A stretch of DNA of 63,013 nucleotides, counting the filler, from Octopus bimaculoides (taxonomy: Eukaryota), in the NCBI RefSeq assembly GCF_001194135.2. It is 5 parts of 5 records of this genome, joined end to end, with 100 filler letters (N's around TTAATTAATTAA, not from the genome) between each part and the next. Parts side by side here need not be neighbours in the genome. Positions count along the whole stretch, not along the records: positions 17,391 to 39,923 come from NC_068981.1; 4 more parts are not named here. One strand, written 5' to 3'. The notes under the pieces were generated by a model. It searched no databases. It was not told the origin of the DNA and saw only the letters and a program-made list of their open reading frames with translations. Both the position numbers and the translations under genes were made by a program. Positions 24,106 through 35,975 of this stretch are shown here, in pieces. Position 1 is the stretch's first letter. Every line of letters starts with the position of its first letter.

Positions 24106-24937
24106 TCTATTATAGGCATGAGTCCTGAAATTTTGAGGTGGGGGGATAGTCAATTACAACGACCCCAGTGCGAAACTGGTACTTATTTTACCGTCCCGAA
24201 AGGATGAAAGGCAAAGTCGAGCTCGGCAGAATTTGAACTCAGAACTTAAAGACAGATGAAATGCTGCAAAGCACTTTGTCCAGCGTGCTAAAGATTTTGT
24301 CAGCACACCACCTTAACAATGAAAATAATGATTTCACATTTTGGTACAGGGCCAGGAAGTTCGGGGAAGGGTTAAGTCAATTACATCGACCCCAGTGTAC
24401 AACCGGTATTTGTTTTATCGAAACTGATAGAATGAAAGGCAAATTCAAGCTTGGCAGAATTTGAACCCAGTAAGTAAACACGGATGAAATGCCGCAAAAC
24501 ATTTTGTCCAGCGTGCTAACAATTTTGTTAGTTTTCTNNNNNNNNNNNNNNNNNNNNNNNNNNNNNNNNNNNNNNNNNNNNNNNNNNNNNNNNNNNNNNN
24601 NNNNNNNNNNNNNNNNNNNNNNNNNNNNNNNNNNNNNNNNNNNNNNNNNNNNNNNNNNNNNNNNNNNNNNNNNNNNNNNNNNNNNNNNNNNNNNNNNNNN
24701 NNNNNNNNNNNNNNNNNNNNNNNNNNNNNNNNNNNNNNNNNNNNNNNNNNNNNNNNNNNNNNNNNNNNNNNNNNNNNNNNNNNNNNNNNNNNNNNNNNNN
24801 NNNNNNNNNNNNNNNNNNNNNNNNNNNNNNNNNNNAGAATGTAAAGATAGACGAAATATCGCTAAGCATTTCGCCTGGCAAGCTAACGATTCTGCCAGCT
24901 CGCCGCTGGAAGAATAATAATGATGATGATGATGATG

Positions 24938-25007
<70 letters not shown>

Positions 25008-25198
25008 TGATAATCCTTTCTGCTATAGTCACAAGGCCTGAAATTTTGGTTGAGGGGACTAGTCAATTACATCGACCCCAGTTTTTCACTAGTACTTAAT
25101 TTATCGACCTCGAATGGATGAAAGGTAAAGTCGACCTCAGAAAAACTTGAACTCAGATCGTAAAGGCGGACGAAATACCACCAAACATTTTGCCTGGC
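24106..25198 (-). mobile_element. Four same-orientation family-A SINE copies
   Basis: Copies at ~24106-24312, 24330-24537, 24836-24908 and 25013-25198, with (AAT)n at 24913-25012. Confidence 0.85.
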
Positions 25199-25799
25199 TC
25201 CCATGGCTTCTGATCTTAACTGATTGAAAATGTTATCATGTGCATTGTTTTGTCTTGGTATAAAAGACGGGCTACAGCAAATATTCTGCTCAATACTACA
25301 GATTTGCTTATCAGTTATTTGACATTAACCAGTTGAGCATGTCCCTAAGTGACTGACGATATGTGCATCTCTGACCATGAGCAGAAGTAGTGGAAGAGCA
25401 TCATAGCCATATGTTGAGATGAATTGTTTGGGGTTTGAATGATTCGCATCTGGAGGCATGGGTGTTTCGTTCAACATCCTTAAACAACCCTTATTTAGGT
25501 ATTTTTTGAGCAGGATGGGCAACCCGACTAGAAGAAAATTCTAACTGCACCCCACCTATAAAGTCATGCGCTGTTTATCTTGATCATCATGTCACGCACA
25601 AATGGTTGTGATGTATATGTCCGGGGTACCTTATCAGACGGATAGTCTTGATGGGTATACTAGGCTCTGTATATCTGATGTCAGCGTCATTTTTTCATGT
25701 ACTGCTCTCTCACTCAATAGTGATAAGAGCACTCAGAGAACGCAAACCTCCGCCAAGGCAACACCAACAACCTCCCAACGATTAGCCAGAGATGATTTC

Positions 25800-26088
25800 T
25801 AAAATGAGAATATCTGAAATAAACTCGACTGCTCTCACAAACGAGAATACTAAAAATGAACCCGACCGCTCTCAAAAATTTAGTAAAAAAAAAACCGGGA
25901 AAATAATCCAGAATCCTTGTCCGGTACCAGATCGATCTCAAAATCTTATTAGTTCGTGCTAGTTATGAGGCCAAACATCCCTGAAAGTTTCATCTGAATC
26001 CATCCAGCGGTTCTTGAGATATCTTGTTCTTGGACAAACAAACAAACGCGACTGAAAAACAATACCTCCGCCTTAGTGAAGGCAGAGG

Positions 26089-26092
<4 letters not shown>
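25800..26092 (+). mobile_element. Helentron/HINE-like non-autonomous element
   Basis: Ends AAACAATACCTCCGCCTT-AGTG-AAGGCAGAGGT (11-bp hairpin, 26064-26089), preceded by CAAACAAACAAACG and AAAGTTTCATCTGAATCCATCCAGCGGTTCTTGAGATAT, a typical HINE layout. Confidence 0.55.
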
Positions 26093-26125
<33 letters not shown>

Positions 26126-26126
<1 letters not shown>

Positions 26127-26336
26127 GTTTTAAATTTTGCCACAAGGGCAACTTGAGGGAGGTGAGGACGAGTCGATTGCATTGACGCCAGTGTCCAACT
26201 AGTACTTATTTTATCGACCCCAAAAGGATGAAAGGCAAAGTCGACCTCGACGGAATTTGAACTCTGAACGTAGCGACGGGCGAAATACTGCTAAACATTT
26301 CGCCCAGCGTGCTAACGATTCTGCCAGCTCACCGCG
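26126..26336 (-). mobile_element. Family-A SINE, CpG-intact, next to (AAT)n
   Basis: Reverse complement of the family-A body; tail (AAT)n at 26092-26125. Confidence 0.85.
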
Positions 26337-26587
26337 ATAATTAATAACTGGATGGTATTTTAGCACCAGCAGAGTATAAATCAAGACAGGACAGAGTTGG
26401 CCAATGTCTAACATTGGTTAATATGTGGGCATTATGAAATCAAAACTGTTCACAAGTGGGGTAAGGTACTGCGCAGTGGAACTGTACTCGAAACTACGCT
26501 GCTGCAAAGCAAACATCTGAACCATCAGTATTAATTTACCTTGTATGTTTAACCATGTTTTTAGAGTATAGAGTAGAATCTGAGGGT

Positions 26588-26976
26588 GGAGGCGCAATGG
26601 CCTAATGGTTAGGGCAGCGGACTCGCGGTTATAGGATCGCGGTTTCGATTCCCAGACCGGGCGTTGTGAGTGTTTATTGAGCGAAAACACCTAAAGCTCC
26701 ACGTGACTCCAGCAGAGGATGGTGGCGAATCCTGCTGTACTCTTTCACCACAACTTTCTCTCACTCTTACTTCCTGTTTCTGTTGTGCCTGTAATTCAAA
26801 GGGTCAGCCCTGTCACACTTTGTGTCACGCTGAATATCCCCGAGAACTACGTTAAGGGTACACGTGTCTGTGGAGTGCTCAGCCACTTGCACGTTAATTT
26901 CACGAGCAGGCTGTTCCGTTGATCGGATCAACTGGAACCTTCGTCGTCGTAAGCGACGGAGTGTCAACAACAACAA
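26588..26976 (+). mobile_element. tRNA-SINE family C
   Basis: tRNA-like head GGAGGCGCAATGGCCTAATGGTTAGGGCAGCGGACTCGCGG...GGTTTCGATTCCC; 3' hairpin TTCCGTTGATCGGATCAACTGGAA; (CAA)n tail. Near-identical copy at 28015-28393. Confidence 0.9.
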
Positions 26977-27104
26977 AAAGAATTTGAGGAAGGCTTGGCT
27001 TCAATTCCTTGCATGTCATGTAATCGCATTAAGGTTTCCTTGCTAGCCAGTGTAATTTGTTGATGCGAAGTAAAAAAAAAGTCATCTCGAAAGATCAACA
27101 GAAC

Positions 27105-27262
27105 AGAATACAATAGAATAATGTGGAATACAATGGAAAATAGAATGTAACAGAAAAGATTTGAATGGAACAGAATAACAGAGAGCAGAATAGTGGAATA
27201 GAATAGAACAGAATGGAATGGTATAGTATGGAATGGAATAAAAGAGAATAGAGTGGCACAGA
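27105..27262. repeat. Degenerate (GAATA/GAATG)n pentamer array
   Basis: AGAAT/GGAAT units visible. Confidence 0.85.
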
Positions 27263-28014
27263 ATATAATTCCTTTATTGTAATTTGCAATAGCGGATACA
27301 TACATTGGAATTTGTTTTGTAAGAGAGAAGCATTGAAGGAATGAAATTGTAACGGACAATTAAATGATTAACAAATAAATGAATGAGTAAGTGAATAAGT
27401 GAATGAATGAATGAAAGAATGTTAATGTATGATTATAAATTCGTAAACAAGTCTATGAATAACAGACACAAACATACACACAGACTTATACATACACACA
27501 CTCACATAGACACAAACATACATATTCACATATGTACATATGCGCGTACACACAGACACATACATACACACACACACGCACGCACACAGTCAGAAACAAA
27601 CACACACACATACCATGTATACGTGTGTGTTATTTTGGACTCCCTGGTGTTAATATACATATGGAGTTTTCATTTTCTAGATTAATCAAGGAATGAAGAG
27701 TAGTGCTCACGGTGTTTGTAGATCTCAGACTGGTATGAAATTGTTGTGGTTGATATTCAGCCTGAATATATTCAGGTCAATGCCTGCATGATATACGGGA
27801 GAGAGAGGAGGGGATCAGAAGTCTAGTTTAAATAATTGCAACAGCGCAAAATCTGCTATAGGTACCAGGAACTGGGTTGCTCTTGTTTAGTTTCGAGTTG
27901 GCTTTGCCTTAGCAGGTCTATGATTTAAACCATTCCAGCTGTAACCATCCCATTTTTTAGTACAAATCCCCCACCCCACCCACACGTATATTTTTATGTG
28001 TGTCATTATTGGCA

Positions 28015-28393
28015 GGAGGCGCAATGGCCCAGTGGTTAGAGCAGCGGACTCGCGGTCGTAGGATCGTGGTTTCGATTCCCAGACCGGGCGTTGTGAGAGT
28101 TCATTGAGCGAAAACACCTAAAGCTCCACGAGGCTCCGGCAGGCGATGGTGGCGAACCCTGCTGTATTCTTTCACCACAACTTTCTCTCACTCTTACTTC
28201 CTGTTTCTGTTGTGTCTGTAATTCAAAGGGTCAGCCTTGTCACACTGTGTCACGCTGAATATCCCCGAGAACTACGTTAAGGGTACACGTGTCTGTGGAG
28301 TGCTCAGCCACTTGCACGTTAATTTCACGAGCAGGCTGTTCCGTTGATCGGATCGACTGGAACCCTCGACGTCGTGAGCGACGGAGTGCCAAC
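28015..28393 (+). mobile_element. tRNA-SINE family C, second copy
   Basis: Colinear with 26588-26976, with few substitutions. Confidence 0.9.
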
Positions 28394-28555
28394 ACACACA
28401 CACATACACACACACACACACACACATTATTGGCAAGATTTCTTGCCAATAGAGAACGCACTGGTTTCTAAACTAGATCCAAGGTTCCTTCATTGGAATT
28501 TCAATATCAACAACAAGGTATTTTTGTATGTATGTATGTATGTATGTATGTATGT

Positions 28556-28918
28556 GCAGATTTGTATGTTTTATGTATTTATTCTCATGCATATAGTTAC
28601 ATATCTGGACATTCTCATATATATTTAATTGATAAACTTCTGGAAAGTTTTACAGATTTTTACTGTTCCAGTGATGGATTGGATCTGTAGTCTTCGAATT
28701 AGCTTCCTCTTTTCTGGTTTTGAGAAGCCTAGTTTCTCAAGATTGATATTTAGGCAGTGTGTTACATATCCCAGGGCCCCAATAATTACAGGTGTAAACC
28801 TGAACTTGTAATCTGGATAGAGTAACTGCAGATTTCTCAGTAGTTCAACATAGGTGTTCTCTTTTTTACTTATCTTCACCTTTATGTTAACATCCGCTGG
28901 GCAGTTAATTTCCACAAC
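28556..28918 (-). mobile_element. R4/Dong-clade LINE 3' end (restriction-like endonuclease) with (CATA)n on both sides
   Basis: VVEINCPADVNIKVKISKKENTYVELL...TPVIIGALG...LEKLGF...ITGTVKICKTF, the RLE domain C-terminus; stop at 28625, short 3' UTR. (TATG)n at 28526-28555 and 28919-28950. Confidence 0.85.
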
Positions 28919-29179
28919 TGTGTATGTATGTATGTATGTATGTATGTATGACAGGTTATTTTCGAGTGCTACTGGTAACTTGTAACCCAGTACGACCTGT
29001 TGCATGGTCGGGCCGCCGGCTACTAAACCGACAACCCCACCAAGCTTGCTTGGTGAGGAGGGTGTTTATTGGACACCCTGTAGAATGAAAAAACAAAACC
29101 CGTCAAAGGGCGAAGGAACTCTTGAGAGTCAACGGCCATCCAATATATGTGTAATTATGTATTTACTGTAAATCTCCCT

Positions 29180-29880
29180 TACTTTCTAAACTTTTTTTGT
29201 ACTTTCTGCTTTTTACCCCTCTGTCCGGCATTCGCCATGATAGATCGCTAGCCACTGCACATTTTTTATTTTCTCTCCTTGTTTCTTTGTGGAAGAGCGT
29301 AGGCTCGAAACGTTAATGACTTTTTCAATTCCCGAGCGTTATACTAATACATCTGTTTGTTGTCTACACCACCTGTCTTCGTCTTTTGCTTTTTTTTGTG
29401 AATTCTCCCCATATATTACACGCTCACGTGGTCGCACCAGTTGATCCTGTCTCCTCTCATCACCCAACGAACTTTTACGGATTCTCTACCTGGACTTTCT
29501 ACTATCGTATACTTCAGCTGCACCTCTCCTGTCCATGGATTACACTGGACTCCTCTGTTGATGAAAAATCGCTCCAATACACCACGACGTTCGAAGCTTT
29601 TGAAGCTTTTGAACTTTTCGTAACTTTTTTTATACTTTCTAAACTTTCTTTTTTTGTACTTTCTGCTTTTTACTCCTCTGTCCGGCGTTCACCACGATAG
29701 ATCGCTAGCCACTACACATTCTCTTTTTTTCTCTCCTTGTTTCTTTCCGTGTTCCTTTCTGTGGAAGAGCGTAGGCTCAAAACATTAAAGACTTTTTCAC
29801 TTTCCCGAGCGTTAAAATAATACATCTGTTTGTTGTCTACACCACCCGTCTTCGTCTTTTGTTTTTAGTGAATTCTCCCC
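29180..29880 (+). mobile_element. Direct-repeat (pLTR-like) non-autonomous element with hammerhead-like motifs
   Basis: About 230-250-bp direct repeats (29180-29410 and 29633-29880) flank a ~220-bp spacer; each carries a TGTGGAAGAGC-GTAG-GCTC-(G/A)AAAC motif. Confidence 0.7.
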
Positions 29881-31579
29881 TTATATATTGTATATTTTTA
29901 TAGTTTGCTCATTATATATATTTTATGTATTCCACATCGTATATTTTATGTATATATTGTATATCAATATTTTTTATATATCGTATGTGTTTTTTTTTCT
30001 TATATCTATTTTATCCAGCTTATGGCTGTATCTTGCGCGGGGACATAGAAATAATCGGACTCCCATTGGGAGTGAAGGACCCCTAGCCCTTGTTAGGGCA
30101 TCCTTTTAGGAAAAGGCAACTCAGATAACTGGGGTAACTCCAACATAAAAGCATCAGGAGTTCATCAAATGTCGTTTTTGCTTTTATTGTTAATGTTTCA
30201 GTAAAGGTCCCTTTTATATTTCCGATTTCTTTAGGTAGGCAGTTGAACAATTGCAGACCTCAACTCCGTCACCCGGTTTAACACTAGTACGTGGCACCTT
30301 GCGTACTTTTAGCGGAGTACAATCTGTTGCAAACAGTCAGGCCAGCTTCTCAATTTTTTTTTAACGTTATGTTATGCTGTTTTATTTACAAAAAAAAAAA
30401 AANNNNNNNNNNNNNNNNNNNNNNNNNNNNNNNNNNNNNNNNNNNNNNNNNNNNNNNNNNNNNNNNNNNNNNNNNNNNNNNNNNNNNNNNNNNNNNNNNN
30501 NNNNNNNNNNNNNNNNNNNNNNNNNNNNNNNNNNNNNNNNNNNNNNNNNNNNNNNNNNNNNNNNNNNNNNNNNNNNNNNNNNNNNNNNNNNNNNNNNNNN
30601 NNNNNNNNNNNNNNNNNNNNNNNNNNNNNNNNNNNNNNNNNNNNNNNNNNNNNNNNNNNNNNNNNNNNNNNNNNNNNNNNNNNNNNNNNNNNNNNNNNNN
30701 NNNNNNNNNNNNNNNNNNNNNNNNNNNNNNNNNNNNNNNNNNNNNNNNNNNNNNNNNNNNNNNNNNNNNNNNNNNNNNNNNNNNNNNNNNNNNNNNNNNN
30801 NNNNNNNNNNNNNNNNNNNNNNNNNNNNNNNNNNNNNNNNNNNNNNNNNNNNNNNNNNNNNNNNNNNNNNNNNNNNNNNNNNNNNNNNNNNNNNNNNNNN
30901 NNNNNNNNNNNNNNNNNNNNNNNNNNNNNNNNNNNNNNNNNNNNNNNNNNNNNNNNNNNNNNNNNNNNNNNNNNNNNNNNNNNNNNNNNNNNNNNNNNNN
31001 NNNNNNNNNNNNNNNNNNNNNNNNNNNNNNNNNNNNNNNNNNNNNNNNNNNNNNNNNNNNNNNNNNNNNNNNNNNNNNNNNNNNNNNNNNNNNNNNNNNN
31101 NNNNNNNNNNNNNNNNNNNNNNNNNNNNNNNNNNNNNNNNNNNNNNNNNNNNNNNNNNNNNNNNTATATATATATATATATATATGTATATACATACTAA
31201 TATATATACATTTTATGCACACACGCACACACAAACACACACATACATACACACACACACACACACATATGTATATATATATATATATTTATATATGTAT
31301 ATGACAAAGACATCCCTGAGTTTGACTTATGATAACATTTTTATTCGAGTTTCATTTTTTAGTATTTCCTTGTTATTCCTTTATGTCTAGTTTCGAACAA
31401 TAAAGTTCCAAACTCAACATAAAGAACAAATGCGGAAATATGAAAAATCTTTAATAAAAAAAGATTAAATTCAAACACAATCGTGACTTTATTATTACAT
31501 GGTTGAAAGAAAAGGTGTTCGCTGTGTGTCTGCACACGCGTGCACGCACACACACACATGTATACAAAATACGTATTTC

Positions 31580-31611
<32 letters not shown>

Positions 31612-31613
31612 TG

Positions 31614-31671
<58 letters not shown>

Positions 31672-32099
31672 AGTCTCTCTCTCTCTCTATATATATGTAT
31701 ATATACATACATATGTATAATGTATATATGTAAGCATATATGTATCCATAATCCATATATATATATGTGTGTGTGTGTGCGTGCGTGTGTGTGTGTGTGT
31801 GTACATGTACGTACATTAAATATATATGGTGCGTATGTATCATATATACACATACACACGCACACGCACACATATATTTATATATATATGCATGTGTTTT
31901 GTGTGTATGCACATACATATTAATGTGTTCAGGCACAGAGGCACTCACATGCAAACATAGGTTTTCTTTTATGGACATCGTGTTTTTCAAACGTGTAACA
32001 CAAATATATATTGATTTTAGCCGTGGGACTCGAAAAAAATTGTGTATTTACATGGGAAATATAATTTGCTGTCGATGCGCAAGCTGCAAAACTACATAC

Positions 32100-34198
32100 A
32101 GGGAAAATATATAACACAATCTATGAAGGTGTATGTGTGTGTGTGTGTGTGTGTGGTAACAGCAACATATGGAACACAACTTGCTTTAACCCGCAATTTT
32201 TGTTAATATTTCAATGATTAGGCATCTTTGAGCCCTTTATTTTACATCTCAACTTAAAATATGAGTGATAATCTAAAAGAGAAGCGCGTGGATAAGAAGA
32301 TAGAACTTAGGAGCTGGTGGTACTTTTATGGCGTAAGTTTATGAAGGATATGATGTAAAAAAAAAGTTTCGGACTTACGCAAGGCTAAAGAGAAACTATC
32401 GACACTTTCTTTGAAATCGTCATCTGTTGGTTGAAGGAAGCATATGTGAGTTGCAAAATATAAAAATCTTGAGAAGACTTTGTCAAAGTCGTTTATCCAT
32501 CAATAATTTTGGTTTAACAACGGCAGGGCACAGACATTAAAAGCGCTACTACCAAACTAGCGAGACATATGTGCATCAAAAATTTCGTAGTGATGGATGG
32601 TAATGATAAGTTAGATGTTACATAGATTGGATAATAAAATTACCCATGGTGCAGCGGGTAATGTACCAACAGAAGAAATCTAACTATTGAAGAAAAGATT
32701 AACGGACTTAGTTGTGGAGAGCCGCGGATTTCTCAAATATGTAATTGGGATGAACTTGAGTTGTACAGCAGTCACTACATCGCAATACCTAAATCTTATA
32801 AACAAAGCCCCCATACGTAGTTGTACATTAAGTAAGGAACATTTTTCGGCTTTGTGTTGCTTGAACACAGACGATATTTATATTTTAAACTCAATGATGC
32901 CGAAGAGGCCAAGCGCTCCAGAGTTTTGAAAGACATAATGTACCAGCGACCATTGTATTGCTACCATTCTTAGCGATCGTTATTACACATGCATATTCTT
33001 AATGACTGTTTCTTGAATTTCATTTCTGCAATACTTAAACACTACGATGCTCTTAAAGTTTCTATTGATGAGGTGAAGGTGCTATTAATTTTTGACAATG
33101 TTTCTGGTCACTCAGGTAGCCACTAATTTATTTGTAATAATGGTAAAGTGCAAATCCTTGCTACTGAATTTGACCTCTACAATTCAGCTAGAGGATGAAG
33201 GTATAATTGTAGCTTTCAAGAGATTATACCAGTTAAGATGTTTGTACGAATGTCAGTTGGTAATTAAAGGGGAAAATCTTAGGGGAGAATACACGAGGTC
33301 AGAGAGCTCTCTAGTATTAAGAACTACATCAAGTCTGTATTATACATTCTTGTAGGTTTTATAAAAGTCACTGAAGACTACTACTGTAGTTAATAACTGG
33401 AAAAAGAATTTCTGTTCTATGTGGATTTCAGACAAGGGATTTCGATTGTGTACTTCAGAGGGCAGTCGAAACAGATGTTAGAAATGACGATGTCAGAACC
33501 TGGCTGGAGGACACAGAGAATGAACCTGGATATCAAGTGTCAACAAAAGTAGGGGATGATGTTTTCATGGGTAATAGTAGAGTTAAGGTGGTTGGTAGAA
33601 ATATCGAATCATTACTCACTTTGTAATATATCCTTTGATGACGTCATTTCACAGAGCTTGTCATTGAGATGTAGAATTAGCAAGGTAAACTAATGAAGCT
33701 ACCCATTCTCCAAGCTAATTCGCCTCCACACCACACCAGGTGCTAAACCAACTAATAATATTGATGACATACCGACTATTAACTCAGTTCTTCACGCCTA
33801 ATTTCCGTGAGTAGGAGATAAAGAACATTGGAATATCTTGGCCATACAAAGCTATTAACGACAAGTTATCACCTGTAACCTCACCTCCTTTGCATGAAGC
33901 TCGTTTATCATCTACAAAATGAGAATGACATTAACAATTTACTCATATTAACTTATACATATTTAAATACCGTAGTATCAAATGTTTATATAATATATAA
34001 CACACACACACATGATTTATTCATAAATTTTATATAATTTTGTGATGTTTGAACTGTAATTTTCAGTAATTTTTTTATTACAGTTTAGTATTTTCAGTAT
34101 ACTTAAGCAATATTTTAACTCCTTTAAAATCGGTTGACTCGAGCATTCAGCTATAATAGACACCCCTCATTGTAGTACGGTTTAACGAGGTTTCACAA
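32100..34198 (+). mobile_element. pogo/Tigger (CENP-B-like DDE_1) transposon relic
   Basis: Decayed translation: LEKTLSKSFIHQ...SDGW (CENP-B HTH), NWDE (first Asp), VLLIFDNVSGH, NLTSTIQLEDEGIIVAFKRLY. Right end TTAACGAGGTTTCAC resembles a Tigger TIR; left boundary approximate. Confidence 0.75.
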
Positions 34199-34324
34199 TA
34201 ATTTCAATAACTAACCATAAAATTAAATATTCTCTTCTTACAAATATATAATTTTCGGCAATGTAAATAATTCATAGAAGGAAAGAATGATAATCTAGAA
34301 AAAAAAAGAAAAAAACTAAAACAT

Positions 34325-34590
34325 TCTTTTCCTTGTTTTACTCACTGGACTGCGGCCATGCTGGAGTATCACCTTGTAGGATTTTAGTCGAACAATCGAC
34401 CCTAGTACTTATTTTTAACTCTGGTGCATATTCTATCTGTTCTATTTTTTTTTAGCCGAATTTATGGGATGTGAACAAACAAGCACCGGTTGTCAAGCGG
34501 TGAGGGACATACACACACAGAAAGGCACACACCCATACACACACCTCTGCACACACACCTGTGCACACACACCTGTGCACACACACCTGT

Positions 34591-34640
<50 letters not shown>

Positions 34641-34804
34641 GACGAGCTTCCACACAGTTTCCGTCCACCAAATTCACTCATAAAGCATTGGTCGGCCCGG
34701 GGCTTTAATAGAAGACACTTGCCTAAGGTGACACTCAGTGAGACTGAACTTGAAACCACGTGGTTGCAGAGCGAGTTTCTTATCACACAGTCATACCTGC
34801 GCCT
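34325..34804 (-). mobile_element. Family-B SINE, complete, with internal (CA)n/CACACACCTGTG repeats
   Basis: Reverse complement of the 22287 architecture; internal repeat 34510-34637. Confidence 0.8.
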
Positions 34805-35141
34805 AGCAGGAAAGAATATTTATCTAGTAGAAAAAAACTAAACTCCTAAAAAGTAACTAATATCTAAGTCTGCAAGGCATTTCACTATTAAGAAGACCAT
34901 CGTTATACATATTTAGAGCTAAATAAATCTCCTAGGGATAATAATAAAGACTATCAAGAACTAAAATTACTCTGTCAGAAAGTAATATTTAACAGGGTCA
35001 GAGTAAAATAATTACGAATAAACAAAACTTTGAAGGAATCTATATATAAGGAATTGTTAAAGAAGATTATTTAAAAAAGAAAATAAATCTAAAATATATA
35101 TTCAAGATATATGTTTAAAATATGCATTTAAACATAATATA

Positions 35142-35408
35142 CAGGGTTAACCAAAAGTCTCGCGACAGTAATTCAAAATTCCATAAATACTTAATATTCT
35201 GATCTACTAATTCATTCCAATTATGAATGTTTAATAATTGAATGCTGTGTGTTAAAATCACCGTTTCTTTTCAACATTTGTCTGTTTATTAGCGAAATCA
35301 CATATAAAATATTGTTTTGTTTTAATCTTGGAATGGAATGGAATGGAATGGAATGGAATGGAATGGAATGGTCTTGATTTACTGTCAGGTGACTTTTGGC
35401 CAAACCTG
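35142..35408. mobile_element. Tc1/mariner-type MITE with TA TSD
   Basis: TA-CAGGGTTAACCAAAAGTCTCGCGACAGTAATTCAA versus reverse-complemented right end TA-CAGGTTTGGCCAAAAGTCACCTGACAGTAAATCAA; contains (GGAAT)8. Confidence 0.8.
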
Positions 35409-35424
35409 TATAATAGAATATTCT

Positions 35425-35636
35425 TTTCTGCTCTAGGCACAAGGCCCGAAATTTTTTTAGGAGGGAACCAGTCGATTCGATCGACTTCACTACAGAACTG
35501 GTACTTAATTTATCGACCCCGAAAGGATGAAAGGCAAAGTCGACCTCGGCGGAATTTGAACTCAGAACGTAAAGATAGACGAAATACCGCTAAGCATTTC
35601 GCCCGGCGTGCTAACGTTTCTGCCAGCTCGCTGCCT
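35425..35636 (-). mobile_element. Family-A SINE, young CpG-intact copy
   Basis: Near-perfect reverse complement of 59135-59336. Other copies at 37551-37757, 40490-40681, 40686-40870 (-) and 46024-46235 (+). Confidence 0.9.
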
Positions 35637-35769
35637 TTGTATAATAGAATATTAAACAAATTCCTTTTAGGAAAATGTATATGTGTAGACAATAAGCAAT
35701 CAACGGTAATTGTGGACATTACTGTCTCGAGTCCTAGCACGCATAGGGCCCATTACTAAGTCCCTATTG

Positions 35770-35975
35770 TGTATAAGTGATCGGGGTCACAACACTCTCC
35801 ATGAACTGGATAATTGAATGTCAGTCTGTCACAGGGTTACTCATTTACCGGTGAGTGGACTGGAGTAACGTGAAATGAAGTGTTTTGCTCAAGAACACAA
35901 TGTGTCGCCCGGTCCAGGAATCGAAACCACGATCGTGAGTACAATGCGTTAACCACTAGGCTATGCACCTTCACA
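35770..35975 (-). mobile_element. tRNA-SINE family D with CORE-like central domain
   Basis: Minus: GCCTAGTGGTTAA...GGTTTCGATTCC head, then TGTGTTCTTGAGCAAAACACTTCATTTCACGTT.CTCCAGTCCACTC...GTAAATGAGTA. Related copy at 44885-45110 (+). Confidence 0.7.

Noticed and set aside
26588-26660. tRNA-like sequences at SINE heads (26588, 28015, 22287, 59135, 35975)
   Set aside because: They continue into shared SINE bodies and tails and lack a full cloverleaf; not tRNA genes.
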